Positions 40,523 through 50,719 of a stretch of DNA of 64,000 nt are shown one piece after another. Both the position numbers and the translations under genes were made by a program. The notes below the pieces were generated by a model. The model was not told the DNA's origin. It was given only the letters and a program-made list of their open reading frames with translations, and made no database searches. Origin of the DNA: Rhodothermales bacterium (GTDB taxonomy: Bacteria; Bacteroidota; Rhodothermia; Rhodothermales; VXPQ01); NCBI GenBank assembly GCA_965223485.1, contig OZ244993.1, positions 8,483 through 72,482 on the forward strand. The letters are read 5' to 3'. Position 1 is the first letter of the stretch; every line of letters begins with the position of its first letter.

Positions 40523-41626
40523 ATGCATCGACTTTCGGGGCGCCTGCCTGCACGCATGACAACACACATCCTCTTGACGCCCCGCAGGTCCCCTCGCCTA
40601 TCGCGCATAATATCATACGTAGTACTCGGCATAGTCTTTCTGGCGCCCCGCCCGGCGTTCTCGCAGCAGCTCCCTGACGTTATCGCCGATGTCGGGGCGG
40701 AATATGCCGAATTGTACCTCCAGCCCGTTGTGAACGCCTTCGGAGCGGATATCAACGGCGGACTGATCCACACTGCCAAAGTGGGTGGCGGAGCCCTTCC
40801 CTTCGACTTGTTCCTTGGCATCAAGGTCATGGGCGCTCTGATCCCCGATATCGACAGGGCCCTCAATATCGCATACGAAACCCCTTACGTCTTTCATGCC
40901 CCCGACGGCAACCGGTACGACCTGCCCGTAACCTTCCAGATAAACGACGGGCCCACCGTATTCGGCGATACATCGCCGGGAATCGTCACAGGAAATATTC
41001 GACAAACGGTGCATCCGGGTGCGGACGGGCTGGACAACACCCCCGACGACATCGTCATCGACAGTACACTTTCATTCAATGTGCTGCCGGGTCTGTACGA
41101 CGGATCGATTGCTCCCCTCGCTGTGCCGCAACTCGGCATCGGCTCACTGGCGGGTACGGACCTCATCGTTCGCTACCTTCCCCGTGTCCGCCATGAAAAC
41201 TATGGGCACCTCGAATTTGTCGGCATAGGACTTCGCCACAGTGTTGACCGCTATATACCGGGCCTGTCTTTTCGGATCGCCGGTCACTTCATGATGCAAC
41301 GCCTCCTGATCACGAACACGGCCAGTGAAGAAATCCTCACGGCCTCCTCGCTGGCTGCCGGTCTTGCAATCAGCAAAACATTCGTCTTACTGACCCTCTA
41401 CGCGGGGATACAAACTGAGGAGACAACCGTGAACGTGGATTACACATTTGGAGAAGAGTTATCGGAGATCGAAGGTGAGAATATCTCCTTCGAACTGACG
41501 GGAGATACGACCCTTCGGGGGATGGCAGGCGCTTCGCTAAAACTCGGCCCATTCCTCGTGAACGTGGAAGCAAGCCAAGGTAACAACAGAACCGTGCTCG
41601 CCGCTGGCGTAGGTCTCGCGCTGTAA
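40523..41626 (+). CDS. DUF6588-like outer-membrane protein
   Basis: Signal peptide; YLQPVVNAFGADINGG..HTAK, PQLGIG..GTDLIVRYLP and GIGLRHS motifs; C-terminal beta strands. Start codon uncertain. Confidence 0.65.
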   Translation: MHRLSGRLPARMTTHILLTPRRSPRLSRIISYVVLGIVFLAPRPAFSQQLPDVIADVGAEYAELYLQPVVNAFGADINGGLIHTAKVGGGALPFDLFLGIKVMGALIPDIDRALNIAYETPYVFHAPDGNRYDLPVTFQINDGPTVFGDTSPGIVTGNIRQTVHPGADGLDNTPDDIVIDSTLSFNVLPGLYDGSIAPLAVPQLGIGSLAGTDLIVRYLPRVRHENYGHLEFVGIGLRHSVDRYIPGLSFRIAGHFMMQRLLITNTASEEILTASSLAAGLAISKTFVLLTLYAGIQTEETTVNVDYTFGEELSEIEGENISFELTGDTTLRGMAGASLKLGPFLVNVEASQGNNRTVLAAGVGLAL

Positions 41627-41679
41627 CGCTACGCCTCCCCGATATCCGGAACCGGGGAACCGTGGCGCAGGGTCAAAGG

Positions 41680-42602
41680 AGGGGATGGCATACAGACGGA
41701 CAACCAACTTCCCGGCACGGTAGCATATACAGTTGCTCGCCTATGCACACCATCAACATACCGGGCCGAAAATGCGGGGACGGACCGCAGCGTCCTGCTT
41801 ACAGGCCTGCGGCGCTGCAGGCAGCAGTAATTCTGTTTGATATACTCTTCGTGGTCATAGGGAAAATACGCTCTTCGGAATCGTCAATATTTCCCTTTCG
41901 CGCCTGAAGCGAACGTATCGCCTTCAATGCCCTGACCGTATCCCTGGTCAGGTATCCAGTGTACCCGATTTCGTTAGCCTTTTTGAAAGCCACAGTCAAC
42001 GCAGCGCTTCCGTCAAACCGCCATCCGACACAACCCCACGTGATACGAATAGCCTCCTCTCTGCACAAGGTGCAATCACGCATAACGGACAGAAGAGCAA
42101 TATCCACCTTGCCACGCTTGAGCGCATATTCTTTCGTTTCTGTCCGCCCGGTCTTTCCAACACGGGGAACACACGCCGTCGCCTTGATCACAGCGAATTC
42201 CTTCTTGGTCAACAAGTTGATTCGATTTATCGGTCGCCTTCTTTCCCGCACCTTGTACGTCAGATCGCGCATGGCATTCTGCACATCTTCGTTCTCCGTC
42301 GGGTCTTCGCAAACCCTGTACACACCAGCAGCACGTGCTACTCGCCTTCCTTCAACGTGCGCTGCCTTGATAGCCGAATAGTCTACCCGGATTGCACTTG
42401 CCGACTTACCGGCAAAGGCGCGGTATCTAAGATATCTTGTCACCATATCCGCACTGGCGGGAAGCGCCGGAACACCCTGCTCCTTACAAAAACGTACAAA
42501 CCCCCTCCAGGCGCTCGCGTACGTTTTGAGGGTGCTTGAGGACTTTCCAGCATCCGCAGTAAAGAAAAAAGGTGGTAACTCTTGTAGCGCCAGAAAAAAC
42601 AT
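41680..42602 (-). pseudogene. Cre-like tyrosine recombinase, truncated/degenerate
   Basis: SAM-like N-domain (STLKTYASAWRGFVRFC..ALPAS..YL..SAIKAAH). Box I reads DIALLSVMRDCTLCREEA where LRRSE is expected. Stop at 41799 before HxxR/Y; degenerate GSWLS..MP lies downstream in another frame. Confidence 0.7.
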
Positions 42603-42660
42603 TAAGTACGGACTTCAGGTGGAAATCGAAGACGTGTTACGACCGGATCTACAGAACCGC

Positions 42661-42693
42661 TTTCGTTTCCCCTTGCAAAGGGGGGCAACGAAA
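42661..42693. terminator. Stem-loop downstream of the PorV-like gene
   Basis: Imperfect inverted repeat TTTCGTTTCCCCTT-GCA-AAGGGGGGCAACGAAA, 22 bp after the stop codon. Confidence 0.5.
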
Positions 42694-42715
42694 AGGAATT
42701 CGGCCGAAGAAGCTC

Positions 42716-43753
42716 TTACTTCAGCAAAATCCCCAGTGATAGCCGGCTCACAGACTCGAAGAAATCTCCAAAGACCGAATAGGCGTAATCCACGCGGATC
42801 CCGTATCCTCTGGCTTCAACATGTACGCCCAACCCGGCAGACAGACTTTCCTCGTCGTAGTTGAACTTGTAGCCACCGCGCAAGAAGAACCGCTTCATGA
42901 ACCCGTACTCAAGACCCACATGCAGGCGCTCCGAGTAATCGCGCGGATGTACCCAATCCACTGCAAGTGTTAACTGGCTATTGTCCGGGCCTGGCGCGGC
43001 ATCAAGCAAATGAAACAGGTCCATGGCCAACCCGAAATCCAGCGTGAGAGGTAGCTCGAAGCGCTGATCGAAGTAATCGCTCTGATTCGAGAAATTTCGC
43101 AGCGACGCTCCGAAACGCAGGTCGTGAAACCCCGGATAGTAAAGCGTGCCGAAATCGAACACGACATTGTTGACCGCGTTGTCTCTGTTCTCAATGGCTC
43201 CAGTGAACGCGTCGATAATATCGACGGAACCAAGATCCTGCCGGGCGAGCCGGACATTGCCACCTACATAGAACTGCGCTGTGATCGAACGGGCATAGGA
43301 AAGGCCGATGGCGTATTCGCTGACTGAAAAATCTCCAAGCGAAATAAACCCCTGATCTCGCAAAGAGGGATCGTCTCCCGCCTGCCAGGGCCGGGTTCCT
43401 TTCAACGTACCGTAGTCCATTGAAACAAGGTTGACGCCAATAACACCAACATTGCCAACCCGATAGGCAGCTGTCATGCTATAGAGCGTAATGTCCGCAA
43501 TCCAGTTGGTGTAGCCTCCTGTGACGTCCCCGCCTTCAAGCATACCAAGTCCGGCAGGATTTGAAAATACCGAGGTGGCCTTGCCGGTCGTGGCAACGTA
43601 GGCGCCGCCAAGAGCCGCCACGTCCGCCGAGGGGGCGATTTGCAGAAAGCCCATTCCAGACTGTGCGTATTTCGTGGCCTGTGCCGATGCTGGAGCCACG
43701 CTCGCCAGACAAAGTAGAACCGCACCGAATGCGATCGTCACTATGTTTTTCAT
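42716..43753 (-). CDS. PorV/PorQ family outer-membrane beta-barrel (T9SS shuttle-like)
   Basis: FLQIAPSA..AALGGAY, VFSNPAGL, YTNWIADI, GLEY..FFLRGGY and RVDYAY motifs; AGGAG RBS before MKNIV. Confidence 0.85.
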   Translation of the reverse strand: MKNIVTIAFGAVLLCLASVAPASAQATKYAQSGMGFLQIAPSADVAALGGAYVATTGKATSVFSNPAGLGMLEGGDVTGGYTNWIADITLYSMTAAYRVGNVGVIGVNLVSMDYGTLKGTRPWQAGDDPSLRDQGFISLGDFSVSEYAIGLSYARSITAQFYVGGNVRLARQDLGSVDIIDAFTGAIENRDNAVNNVVFDFGTLYYPGFHDLRFGASLRNFSNQSDYFDQRFELPLTLDFGLAMDLFHLLDAAPGPDNSQLTLAVDWVHPRDYSERLHVGLEYGFMKRFFLRGGYKFNYDEESLSAGLGVHVEARGYGIRVDYAYSVFGDFFESVSRLSLGILLK

Positions 43754-43767
43754 GCTTTGCTCCTCGC

Positions 43768-45972
43768 CTATTTTATGACCACGAATTTGCCGATAGCCTG
43801 ATTTCCGGTGGCGCCTCCTCCGGGGACACTGAGTTCCTCTACGACGTAGATGTAAACTCCGCTGACAATCTGCGTCGTACTGAACGTTTCCTGTCGTTCC
43901 CAATCGGCGTCGCCCGTATTCGACACATGCTCAATGGTCTGCACACGGTCGCCGGTCACGGTGTATATGTGAATGTTGGCGTACGCGGGCAAATTGAGGA
44001 ATGTCAGGCGGCGGGCCTCCTCGTAATTGTAGGCTCCCTGAGCATGGTACGGATTCGGTACCACCACCACATTTGCCTGCCAATTGGCGTCGGGCGAACG
44101 GGTGGGTGTAAGCGCCTCAAGGAACTTGTCGCTTGTAGTACCCGTGCGGTTCAGGAAACGGCTACTTTCGATGCCATCGGCATTTACGGCCACGACATAG
44201 TAGTAATAATCCTCTCCCCGAGTAACACGGGTATCCACGTACTCCCGGGTGCCGGCAGGCAACTCCTCGTGAAGCAGGAACGTGGTATCCGTTGGCGCTT
44301 CCAGGGCTGCGGGTCGTATCAATTCACGATAGATCCGGTAGCCTGTAATAACCCCTGCCCGGTTATCTTCCGCTGCCTCATTCCCCCAATCGAGGCGAAC
44401 CTGATCGTTCCCGGAAGAACCTGTCAGGGCGGGGGTAGCCGGAGCGAGGGGTATATCAAATGAACCCTGCCCGTACTTCACATTACCGCTTCGCCATGTG
44501 TGAACGGCTTTGGCAGCATTCATGAAAAGCAAAGGACGCCCGAGGTCAAGCACCTCGTTCTTCGTCGACTTGTCGAGCGTCCCCCCTTGGGAGACAATGG
44601 TCTGTCCACCGACATAGGCCTGGATAGCATCCATCTCATCCGGATTCAGGTAATCGGCATCGTAGTTTGGAAGGGTGTACGGCAACGGCGCCAGAGGAAA
44701 CTGCTGCGGATTGCCGTTGGCGTAGGCTGCACCGGCGTCAATAGCCCACCGGTAGGGAATGACGCCGCCCACGTAGGCCGTAACGATACGTATATCGTCA
44801 CCTGGATTCAGGGTGTACGGCCCGAAACTGAACAACGAGGTTTTTTCCTGCTCGGTCAGCGGATCGAATTGCGTGGTGTTATTGATGTCCACACTCGGAT
44901 CTCCAGTGGAGCCAAGGCCGCGATTAAGAATACGGTAAGGCCCTTCCGATACAATGGCGCCAGTATGATCTACGGTAGTGCTATAGGCCCCGGGATTGGC
45001 GGAATCCCATCCCTTCGACAAATAATTGTAGATATCCTCGTGCCCGGCGACATTGAGATCCGGCGCCAACTCGCGCTGCGACCAACCTGCCTTGACCGGC
45101 TGTACTGGATTGTCCGTCTCATCGGCAGGCGAAGTATCGGCATGCAGCACTACATGACCAAAAAACTGCGACTCCTGAAAATGTCCCCATTGGCCATGTG
45201 GTTTACCTCTGGTATCCACCGCTGTATTGCTGGTCTGGTCACCGTCCCAGGAATACCACAGCCGCAGAGAATCGGCATCCTGATCGCCCGCGACAAAACC
45301 GGAATACGTGGCTCCATAGTAGTTGCCCCATAAATCGGCCGGATAATAGGCGCTGGCATGGGTTTGTGCTTGCAACCCGAAGTACACATTATTCCGCACT
45401 TCACCGGATGTGTTGGTGAACCGGTACTCCATGATGATATAATCGTCATGGTCATCGTTGGCGAAGGCATAACCCCAGCGTTCAATGTCAATACCGGTCC
45501 AGCTATTAAGGTGCGTGTAGATAACGGCGTCGGCGGGCAGATTCGGGTCGACAGGATCCCCCATGGCCTGTATACTCGTCCATTCCTGTCCATCCAGCAC
45601 CTTGGATGGATACGGCGTACGGTATGTCCGCTTGAAAGCGCCTGATACGGGAGGTGTCACCAGTTCGATGTCGGAAAACTTCCGGCGACCTATCTGGGCA
45701 ACCTGGATATCGCGCACCACGCCGCTGGCATCGGTCCAGGTCCGTTCCACGCCAACAATAACAGTGTTTGCGTCGAGCATCGCTCGGCGTGCGCTGGCGA
45801 CAGGCCGGTCAACGGGCCAGGAAATGCTGTCGTCCGTCAGCGCCTCGTTGGTATTGTACCTCATGGGCCCCACGTTCAGGCTCCGGGCTTCCTGGGCACG
45901 TACGCTTCCAGAGAAAGCCACCGCCAACAAGCAACCGGCGAGGACTTGGTATATGCTTTTGCGGTATCTCAT
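43768..45972 (-). CDS. Secreted protein with FN3-like domain and T9SS/FlgD-like C-terminal sorting domain
   Basis: Signal peptide; GYRIYR..EYVD..YYYYVVAVN (FN3-like); C-terminal VVVVPNPY..LTFLNLP..IHIYTVTGDRV..SGVYIYVV..GKFVVIK. Confidence 0.8.
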   Translation of the reverse strand: MRYRKSIYQVLAGCLLAVAFSGSVRAQEARSLNVGPMRYNTNEALTDDSISWPVDRPVASARRAMLDANTVIVGVERTWTDASGVVRDIQVAQIGRRKFSDIELVTPPVSGAFKRTYRTPYPSKVLDGQEWTSIQAMGDPVDPNLPADAVIYTHLNSWTGIDIERWGYAFANDDHDDYIIMEYRFTNTSGEVRNNVYFGLQAQTHASAYYPADLWGNYYGATYSGFVAGDQDADSLRLWYSWDGDQTSNTAVDTRGKPHGQWGHFQESQFFGHVVLHADTSPADETDNPVQPVKAGWSQRELAPDLNVAGHEDIYNYLSKGWDSANPGAYSTTVDHTGAIVSEGPYRILNRGLGSTGDPSVDINNTTQFDPLTEQEKTSLFSFGPYTLNPGDDIRIVTAYVGGVIPYRWAIDAGAAYANGNPQQFPLAPLPYTLPNYDADYLNPDEMDAIQAYVGGQTIVSQGGTLDKSTKNEVLDLGRPLLFMNAAKAVHTWRSGNVKYGQGSFDIPLAPATPALTGSSGNDQVRLDWGNEAAEDNRAGVITGYRIYRELIRPAALEAPTDTTFLLHEELPAGTREYVDTRVTRGEDYYYYVVAVNADGIESSRFLNRTGTTSDKFLEALTPTRSPDANWQANVVVVPNPYHAQGAYNYEEARRLTFLNLPAYANIHIYTVTGDRVQTIEHVSNTGDADWERQETFSTTQIVSGVYIYVVEELSVPGGGATGNQAIGKFVVIK

Positions 45973-46056
45973 AACCAAACACATGGGTTTGTTCGTCGGA
46001 AGGAGAGACGCGATACTGACAACGTTGCGCATTCCCAGGGAGACACTCCGAAATAC

Positions 46057-49000
46057 TCAGAAGTAGAGCTTGACACCGAAGAAAATGTCGCGACGCTCCA
46101 GAAACGTCCACGGGCTGTACGCAGGCAGGTCTATCACGTCATCGTCCCAGTCACCAGGATCACCGATCGTATTGTCGAACGTACCATCCTCGTTCTGATT
46201 CTCCGCCGTATAGCCCAGCGATTCCATGTAATCCCGTCGTTCAGTCTTCCACCACTTGTGCCCATCCCAAGGCCAACTGGAGCTGGCATCCACCTCGGTG
46301 CCGCTAAAGGAGGATATGTTTCGGTTGTTGAACAGGTTGGAGACATCGATATAGAATGCCGTCTCGTAATTTCCGGAACGGAACAGCGATTTGGTCAGGC
46401 GCAAGTCCCAACGCTGATAAGGACGCCAGCGCAAGTTGTCTTCCACCAAAGGGAATTCAGCCGGATTCCAGGTAAATTGCCTGCCTCGCCGCCAGGTGTA
46501 CGACAAACTCAGGTTGAGCCCGCCAAGCAGAGAAACCTCCCCAAGGCGAGGCCCCCGGAAATTATCCGGCAGGTGAAAGCTGACACTGCTCTTGATGATC
46601 GGGCGCACATCAGGATTGGAAACCTGTGTATTCGCCAGACGGGATTGCCTGATCGGGTCTTCGTAGAACCGTTGGTAGCCGTATGCAGCGCCACTCTCCA
46701 CAAGATAGTTGGCGCTGACCCAACCGCTGAGATATGGAATGACCTCACGACGCAATTCCAGGAACGCTTCGAAACCGCGCACATCCCGAAAAACCCGGTT
46801 CAACGACATCCGATAGTCCCCGCCGCCATAACTTAGCGGATAGAACCGCACATCGCTGATTTCGCCGTTGATGTTCTTGTAGTAACCCGTCATACGAAGA
46901 TTCATCCTGCTGAACAGATTCTGCTCGTACCCCACCTCGTACTGGATCGTCCGCTCCGGCTCCAGCAGGGGATTCCCGAGTCGGACTACGCGATAGCCTC
47001 GCCGGGTGTCCATGCGGAGTCGATACATCTGAACGGCATTGGGCCATTGGTAAAAGTGCCCATAGTTCAGAAATACCTTGGCCACGGTCGATATCGGATG
47101 AGACAGGCCGATGCGTGGAGACAGACGGGTATGAGTCCTACGGTGGCCACCAAGGTTTTCCGTAACGATGGTCTCCTTAATGCCCAGCAAACTCCCCCCT
47201 TCCACATCCTCGGTCGTATTGCCGGGCGCAATGCCCTCAGACCAGGGACCACCCTGATCGCCACCTGTGCAATTTGCAGTGTTTCCGGTGTCGAACAGAT
47301 CGCACCCTTCCAGAATCGTCGGGAAATCGCCCGTGTTCAGCACGTCGAGACGCAAGCCGAGCGTGGCTACAAAGCCCTGAAACTCCAGCTTGTCCTGGAG
47401 ATAGGCGGCGCCTATCAGATGCCGGGCCCCGGAATCCCATACATTGCCGGAGTTGACGGAAGGATCAATGGCTTCGTAGTACTGATTGAAATCTTCCGAG
47501 CGAAACTGCAAACCCGCACGAACCTGATTGCTACGATTCATCTGGCTGGTAAAATTACCGACAGCATCCCACCCGCGCGAGGCCGACTCGTCAGCGCGCA
47601 GATTACAGGATTCCATACGATACTCACCCGTCACATCCCGCCAGTTTACCGGTCCGTATCCTTTCGGCGCCTCGTCGTACCAGTGCTGACCTATCCGGAT
47701 CATGGCCCACTCCCGCCATCTTTCCCATCCTTCCTGCCCGTCGGTGGCCCGTTGCATGGCCTCAGCCTCCGTTCCGATGCGCCCGCTGTCGATTCCGGAA
47801 CCACTGGTTTTCGAAGAACTGGTGATCCCTCCGGAACCTGGAATGGGCGCCGTATTGCGGTAGTCCAGGTTCATGCTGTAATCGATCCGATCATGCGTAA
47901 CCTGAAGCTTATAGAACGTGTTGGCGGAAAGCGCATGCGTCCACTGCGTTCCGTAAATCTGGCGCGTGCGGTCGCCGGCCACAGCGCAATGAGGATACCA
48001 ATACTTGTTTGTCCCCCCCGTGGAAGAGAAGGGATTGCTTGAAACGAATCCCCCGATGCCGGGCCCCTGCCCGCCGGTTCCACCTTTCTGCTTGCTGTAA
48101 TAGCCATGCATGTTCAGCTTTTTGCCCCTCCCCACATTCGTTGTCAACTTTCCCCGAAAGTTCTGATCCTGAAAGCTTGCTTCCGGAAAGCGATAGGCAT
48201 ACTCGGATTGGATCCCGTCGTAGCTCAGGAAAAATTTCATGGGCCGATAAAACGGAATGGGGCCGCCCAGTGTGGCGCTAATGCGATAGTCAGGGTTCAC
48301 ACCTGTCTGGTGAAACACGAGATCGTCCGGATCAACTCCCTCCGCAAACTGCACAATACCCTGTCCTTCCAATCGCTTCAATTCGTTAATAGCGTCCTGT
48401 GAACGGTGCCTCCACAGGTAGCGTGCATAAAGCTCCATGGGAGCACCCGCATGGGCTTGGTTCTCCGGTAATGAAGCCGCAATCGAATTCCAGCCGTCGA
48501 AAAATGAATTGCCTCCTTCAAAGGCGCCGAGATTCGAATCCACGAACGGCTCGACAATAGGGGACTTGAAATCAAACGGTCCCGGCCCGAAATGCTTGTA
48601 CCCGGCAGGGCTGTACTGGAGGTTGATCGACCCCGAATAACGCTCGCCTCCCTCACGTGTTACCACGTTGATAACACCCGAACGGACATCCCCGTATTCA
48701 GCACTGAACCCTCCTGTCTGCACCTTGATTTCCTCAACCGCATCAAGATTTGCCCGGTAGTGGGGTTGATTGGTAAGCGGATCGTTGTAGTTCACGCCAT
48801 CAACCAGATAAAGCGACTCGTCAAAGAACGAACCGCGTATCTCCGGCCTATCCTCTACGGTGCTGATGTCATTGAACGCGACCTGGGCCGTAAGTACCTG
48901 TGCAATTGTCTGGTACTTGCCGCTCGCAATCTCCTCCGAATCAATGTTCCGTTCCGAAGCAGCTATGTCTCGCTGTATGATGGGTTGTTCCGCAACCACG

Positions 49001-49338
49001 ACTACTTCCTCCAGACCCACAGCGTCCTCTTGCATGGAGATGTTCACCTCCGTCGTAAGTTCGATGGCCACGCGAACGCCTTCGACGACTACCGGCGTAA
49101 AACCGATGAACGTAGCCCGCAGCGTATGGATACCGGGACGAATATTCAGGATAGAAAAGTAGCCGTCGACGTTCGTGACAGCGCCAATGGTGGTTCCGTC
49201 GACGATCACATTGACCCCGATCAGTGGCGCCTCATTTTGATCTACCACACTGCCCGCAATTTTTCCGGTTTGCGCGACGGCAGCGGTAGACGACCACAAC
49301 AACGTCAGGAAGAGAAGAATAGTATAGCGGTAGTTCAT
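46057..49338 (-). CDS. TonB-dependent receptor with N-terminal CarboxypepD_reg-like domain
   Basis: QTGKIAGSV..LIGVNV..GAVTNVDGYF, plug motif GGFSAEYG..SGVINVVT, LSPRIGLSHP, GNPLLEPERT, C-terminal Phe. Confidence 0.92.
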   Translation of the reverse strand: MNYRYTILLFLTLLWSSTAAVAQTGKIAGSVVDQNEAPLIGVNVIVDGTTIGAVTNVDGYFSILNIRPGIHTLRATFIGFTPVVVEGVRVAIELTTEVNISMQEDAVGLEEVVVVAEQPIIQRDIAASERNIDSEEIASGKYQTIAQVLTAQVAFNDISTVEDRPEIRGSFFDESLYLVDGVNYNDPLTNQPHYRANLDAVEEIKVQTGGFSAEYGDVRSGVINVVTREGGERYSGSINLQYSPAGYKHFGPGPFDFKSPIVEPFVDSNLGAFEGGNSFFDGWNSIAASLPENQAHAGAPMELYARYLWRHRSQDAINELKRLEGQGIVQFAEGVDPDDLVFHQTGVNPDYRISATLGGPIPFYRPMKFFLSYDGIQSEYAYRFPEASFQDQNFRGKLTTNVGRGKKLNMHGYYSKQKGGTGGQGPGIGGFVSSNPFSSTGGTNKYWYPHCAVAGDRTRQIYGTQWTHALSANTFYKLQVTHDRIDYSMNLDYRNTAPIPGSGGITSSSKTSGSGIDSGRIGTEAEAMQRATDGQEGWERWREWAMIRIGQHWYDEAPKGYGPVNWRDVTGEYRMESCNLRADESASRGWDAVGNFTSQMNRSNQVRAGLQFRSEDFNQYYEAIDPSVNSGNVWDSGARHLIGAAYLQDKLEFQGFVATLGLRLDVLNTGDFPTILEGCDLFDTGNTANCTGGDQGGPWSEGIAPGNTTEDVEGGSLLGIKETIVTENLGGHRRTHTRLSPRIGLSHPISTVAKVFLNYGHFYQWPNAVQMYRLRMDTRRGYRVVRLGNPLLEPERTIQYEVGYEQNLFSRMNLRMTGYYKNINGEISDVRFYPLSYGGGDYRMSLNRVFRDVRGFEAFLELRREVIPYLSGWVSANYLVESGAAYGYQRFYEDPIRQSRLANTQVSNPDVRPIIKSSVSFHLPDNFRGPRLGEVSLLGGLNLSLSYTWRRGRQFTWNPAEFPLVEDNLRWRPYQRWDLRLTKSLFRSGNYETAFYIDVSNLFNNRNISSFSGTEVDASSSWPWDGHKWWKTERRDYMESLGYTAENQNEDGTFDNTIGDPGDWDDDVIDLPAYSPWTFLERRDIFFGVKLYF

Positions 49339-49479
49339 GGCATATCCCTTGGTTTGGTATCCAGATACGGCAAAAAACGTCCGTGCACAGGGACCACTGT
49401 CAACACAGTGGGAATTGCCCAACGAAATCCTTACGGGAATCGTTATCCGGGCGGCTTGTTATCATTTTAGGGCAGGGAA

Positions 49480-49665
49480 ACCAATGAAGACAACTTGTTT
49501 ATTTTTTAAACTTTTCGAAGTTAAATTATGTGCAAAATTTTTTTTCTAATCATTGAAAATGGGCGCAGTTTTTTTTCCCCTTATACAGGAAGGTGCATTC
49601 AATTATTCACATAATAAACAATGTTTAAGTAAATAAACAAATAATGTTAAATTTTAATGAAGGAA
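49480..49665. promoter_or_regulatory. Strongly AT-rich intergenic region upstream of the TonB receptor operon
   Basis: A/T tracts in a GC-rich context. No specific motif assigned. Confidence 0.45.
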
Positions 49666-49680
49666 TTGCTCGATGCCCCC

Positions 49681-50643
49681 TTACAACGCAGCCTCCATCC
49701 GTCGTAGCGTTACCATCGAAGCAGTTGCGATCTGCTCGGGACCGGGTTCGAAATCGAACACTTCAAGGGATATCCACTTATCGTAGCCGTTATCCCGGAA
49801 GGCTTGCAACGCCGGCACGTACGCCTCAACAGCATCGCCGGTACCGAGGTACGTACCGTCCATCTCCTGAATCTGAATGTGCCCGATATGATCGTAATAG
49901 GCATGCACCAGTTCATCGAGCGGACTCGTTTCGTCGGCCGTGTTGTGAAAATCGAACATGGTCGAGACGGCCGGGTGGTTGACCGCCTCGACCACAGCCA
50001 GTGCCTCACCCAGCGTATTGATCACATCCGTCTGATCGCTGGACAACGGTTCAAGCAATAACTGCACGTCGTGCCCGGCAATGGACGGCGCCGCATCGCG
50101 CAACCCGTTCGTCAGATGCTCGACCGCCTCCTCGGTCGGGATACCCACCGAAGAACGCTGTCCAGGCGAACCGAAAATCATCACTTTGCCGCCGAGGTCT
50201 GCACAAAACTCCGCAAGCTTCACCATGTAATCCCAGCTTTCGCGGCGTATGGCCTCGTCGGGAGTAGTGGTGTGGAGGCCTTCAGGCGTCACAAGCAACC
50301 AATGCAATCCCAGGATATCCACGCCGGCTTCCTCGGCAATGCCCCGGATTTCGGCCCGGCGATCCGCCGGGATGTCGTCTACATGATCGCCCAGCGTAAA
50401 GGGCGCCGCCTCAATCCCCTCATACCCCGTCTCGGCGGCGTACCTGCACTGCCGCGCCCAGTCCCAGTCCTGCATGATCTCGTTGCAGATAGCATATTTC
50501 CAGGACGGCTTCACGGTCGTTCCGGCGACTTGTCCACTCTCGGCGCCCTCGCCGCCGCACCCGGCAACAAGTCCTCCGAAAGCGAATCCTCCGAAAGCAA
50601 TGGATGAAGTCTCGATAAAACGGCGGCGATCCATGCGCTGCAT
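49681..50643 (-). CDS. Sugar phosphate isomerase/epimerase (AP_endonuc_2 TIM barrel, ketose 3-epimerase-like), Tat lipoprotein
   Basis: RRRFI Tat motif plus LVAG-C lipobox; GYEGIE, LLEPL, DFH and SLEVF metal ligands. Confidence 0.85.
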   Translation of the reverse strand: MQRMDRRRFIETSSIAFGGFAFGGLVAGCGGEGAESGQVAGTTVKPSWKYAICNEIMQDWDWARQCRYAAETGYEGIEAAPFTLGDHVDDIPADRRAEIRGIAEEAGVDILGLHWLLVTPEGLHTTTPDEAIRRESWDYMVKLAEFCADLGGKVMIFGSPGQRSSVGIPTEEAVEHLTNGLRDAAPSIAGHDVQLLLEPLSSDQTDVINTLGEALAVVEAVNHPAVSTMFDFHNTADETSPLDELVHAYYDHIGHIQIQEMDGTYLGTGDAVEAYVPALQAFRDNGYDKWISLEVFDFEPGPEQIATASMVTLRRMEAAL

Positions 50644-50719
50644 AGCGGATAAAGAGTTTGAACAGAAAGGATACGATTACAGACAAACGGCGGAAGCAAT
50701 CCCTTGCACATACAATGTG

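Noticed and set aside
41799-42602. Shufflon/invertase system acting on the array
   Set aside because: The recombinase lacks catalytic residues, all array modules are in direct orientation, and no inverted recombination sites were seen.
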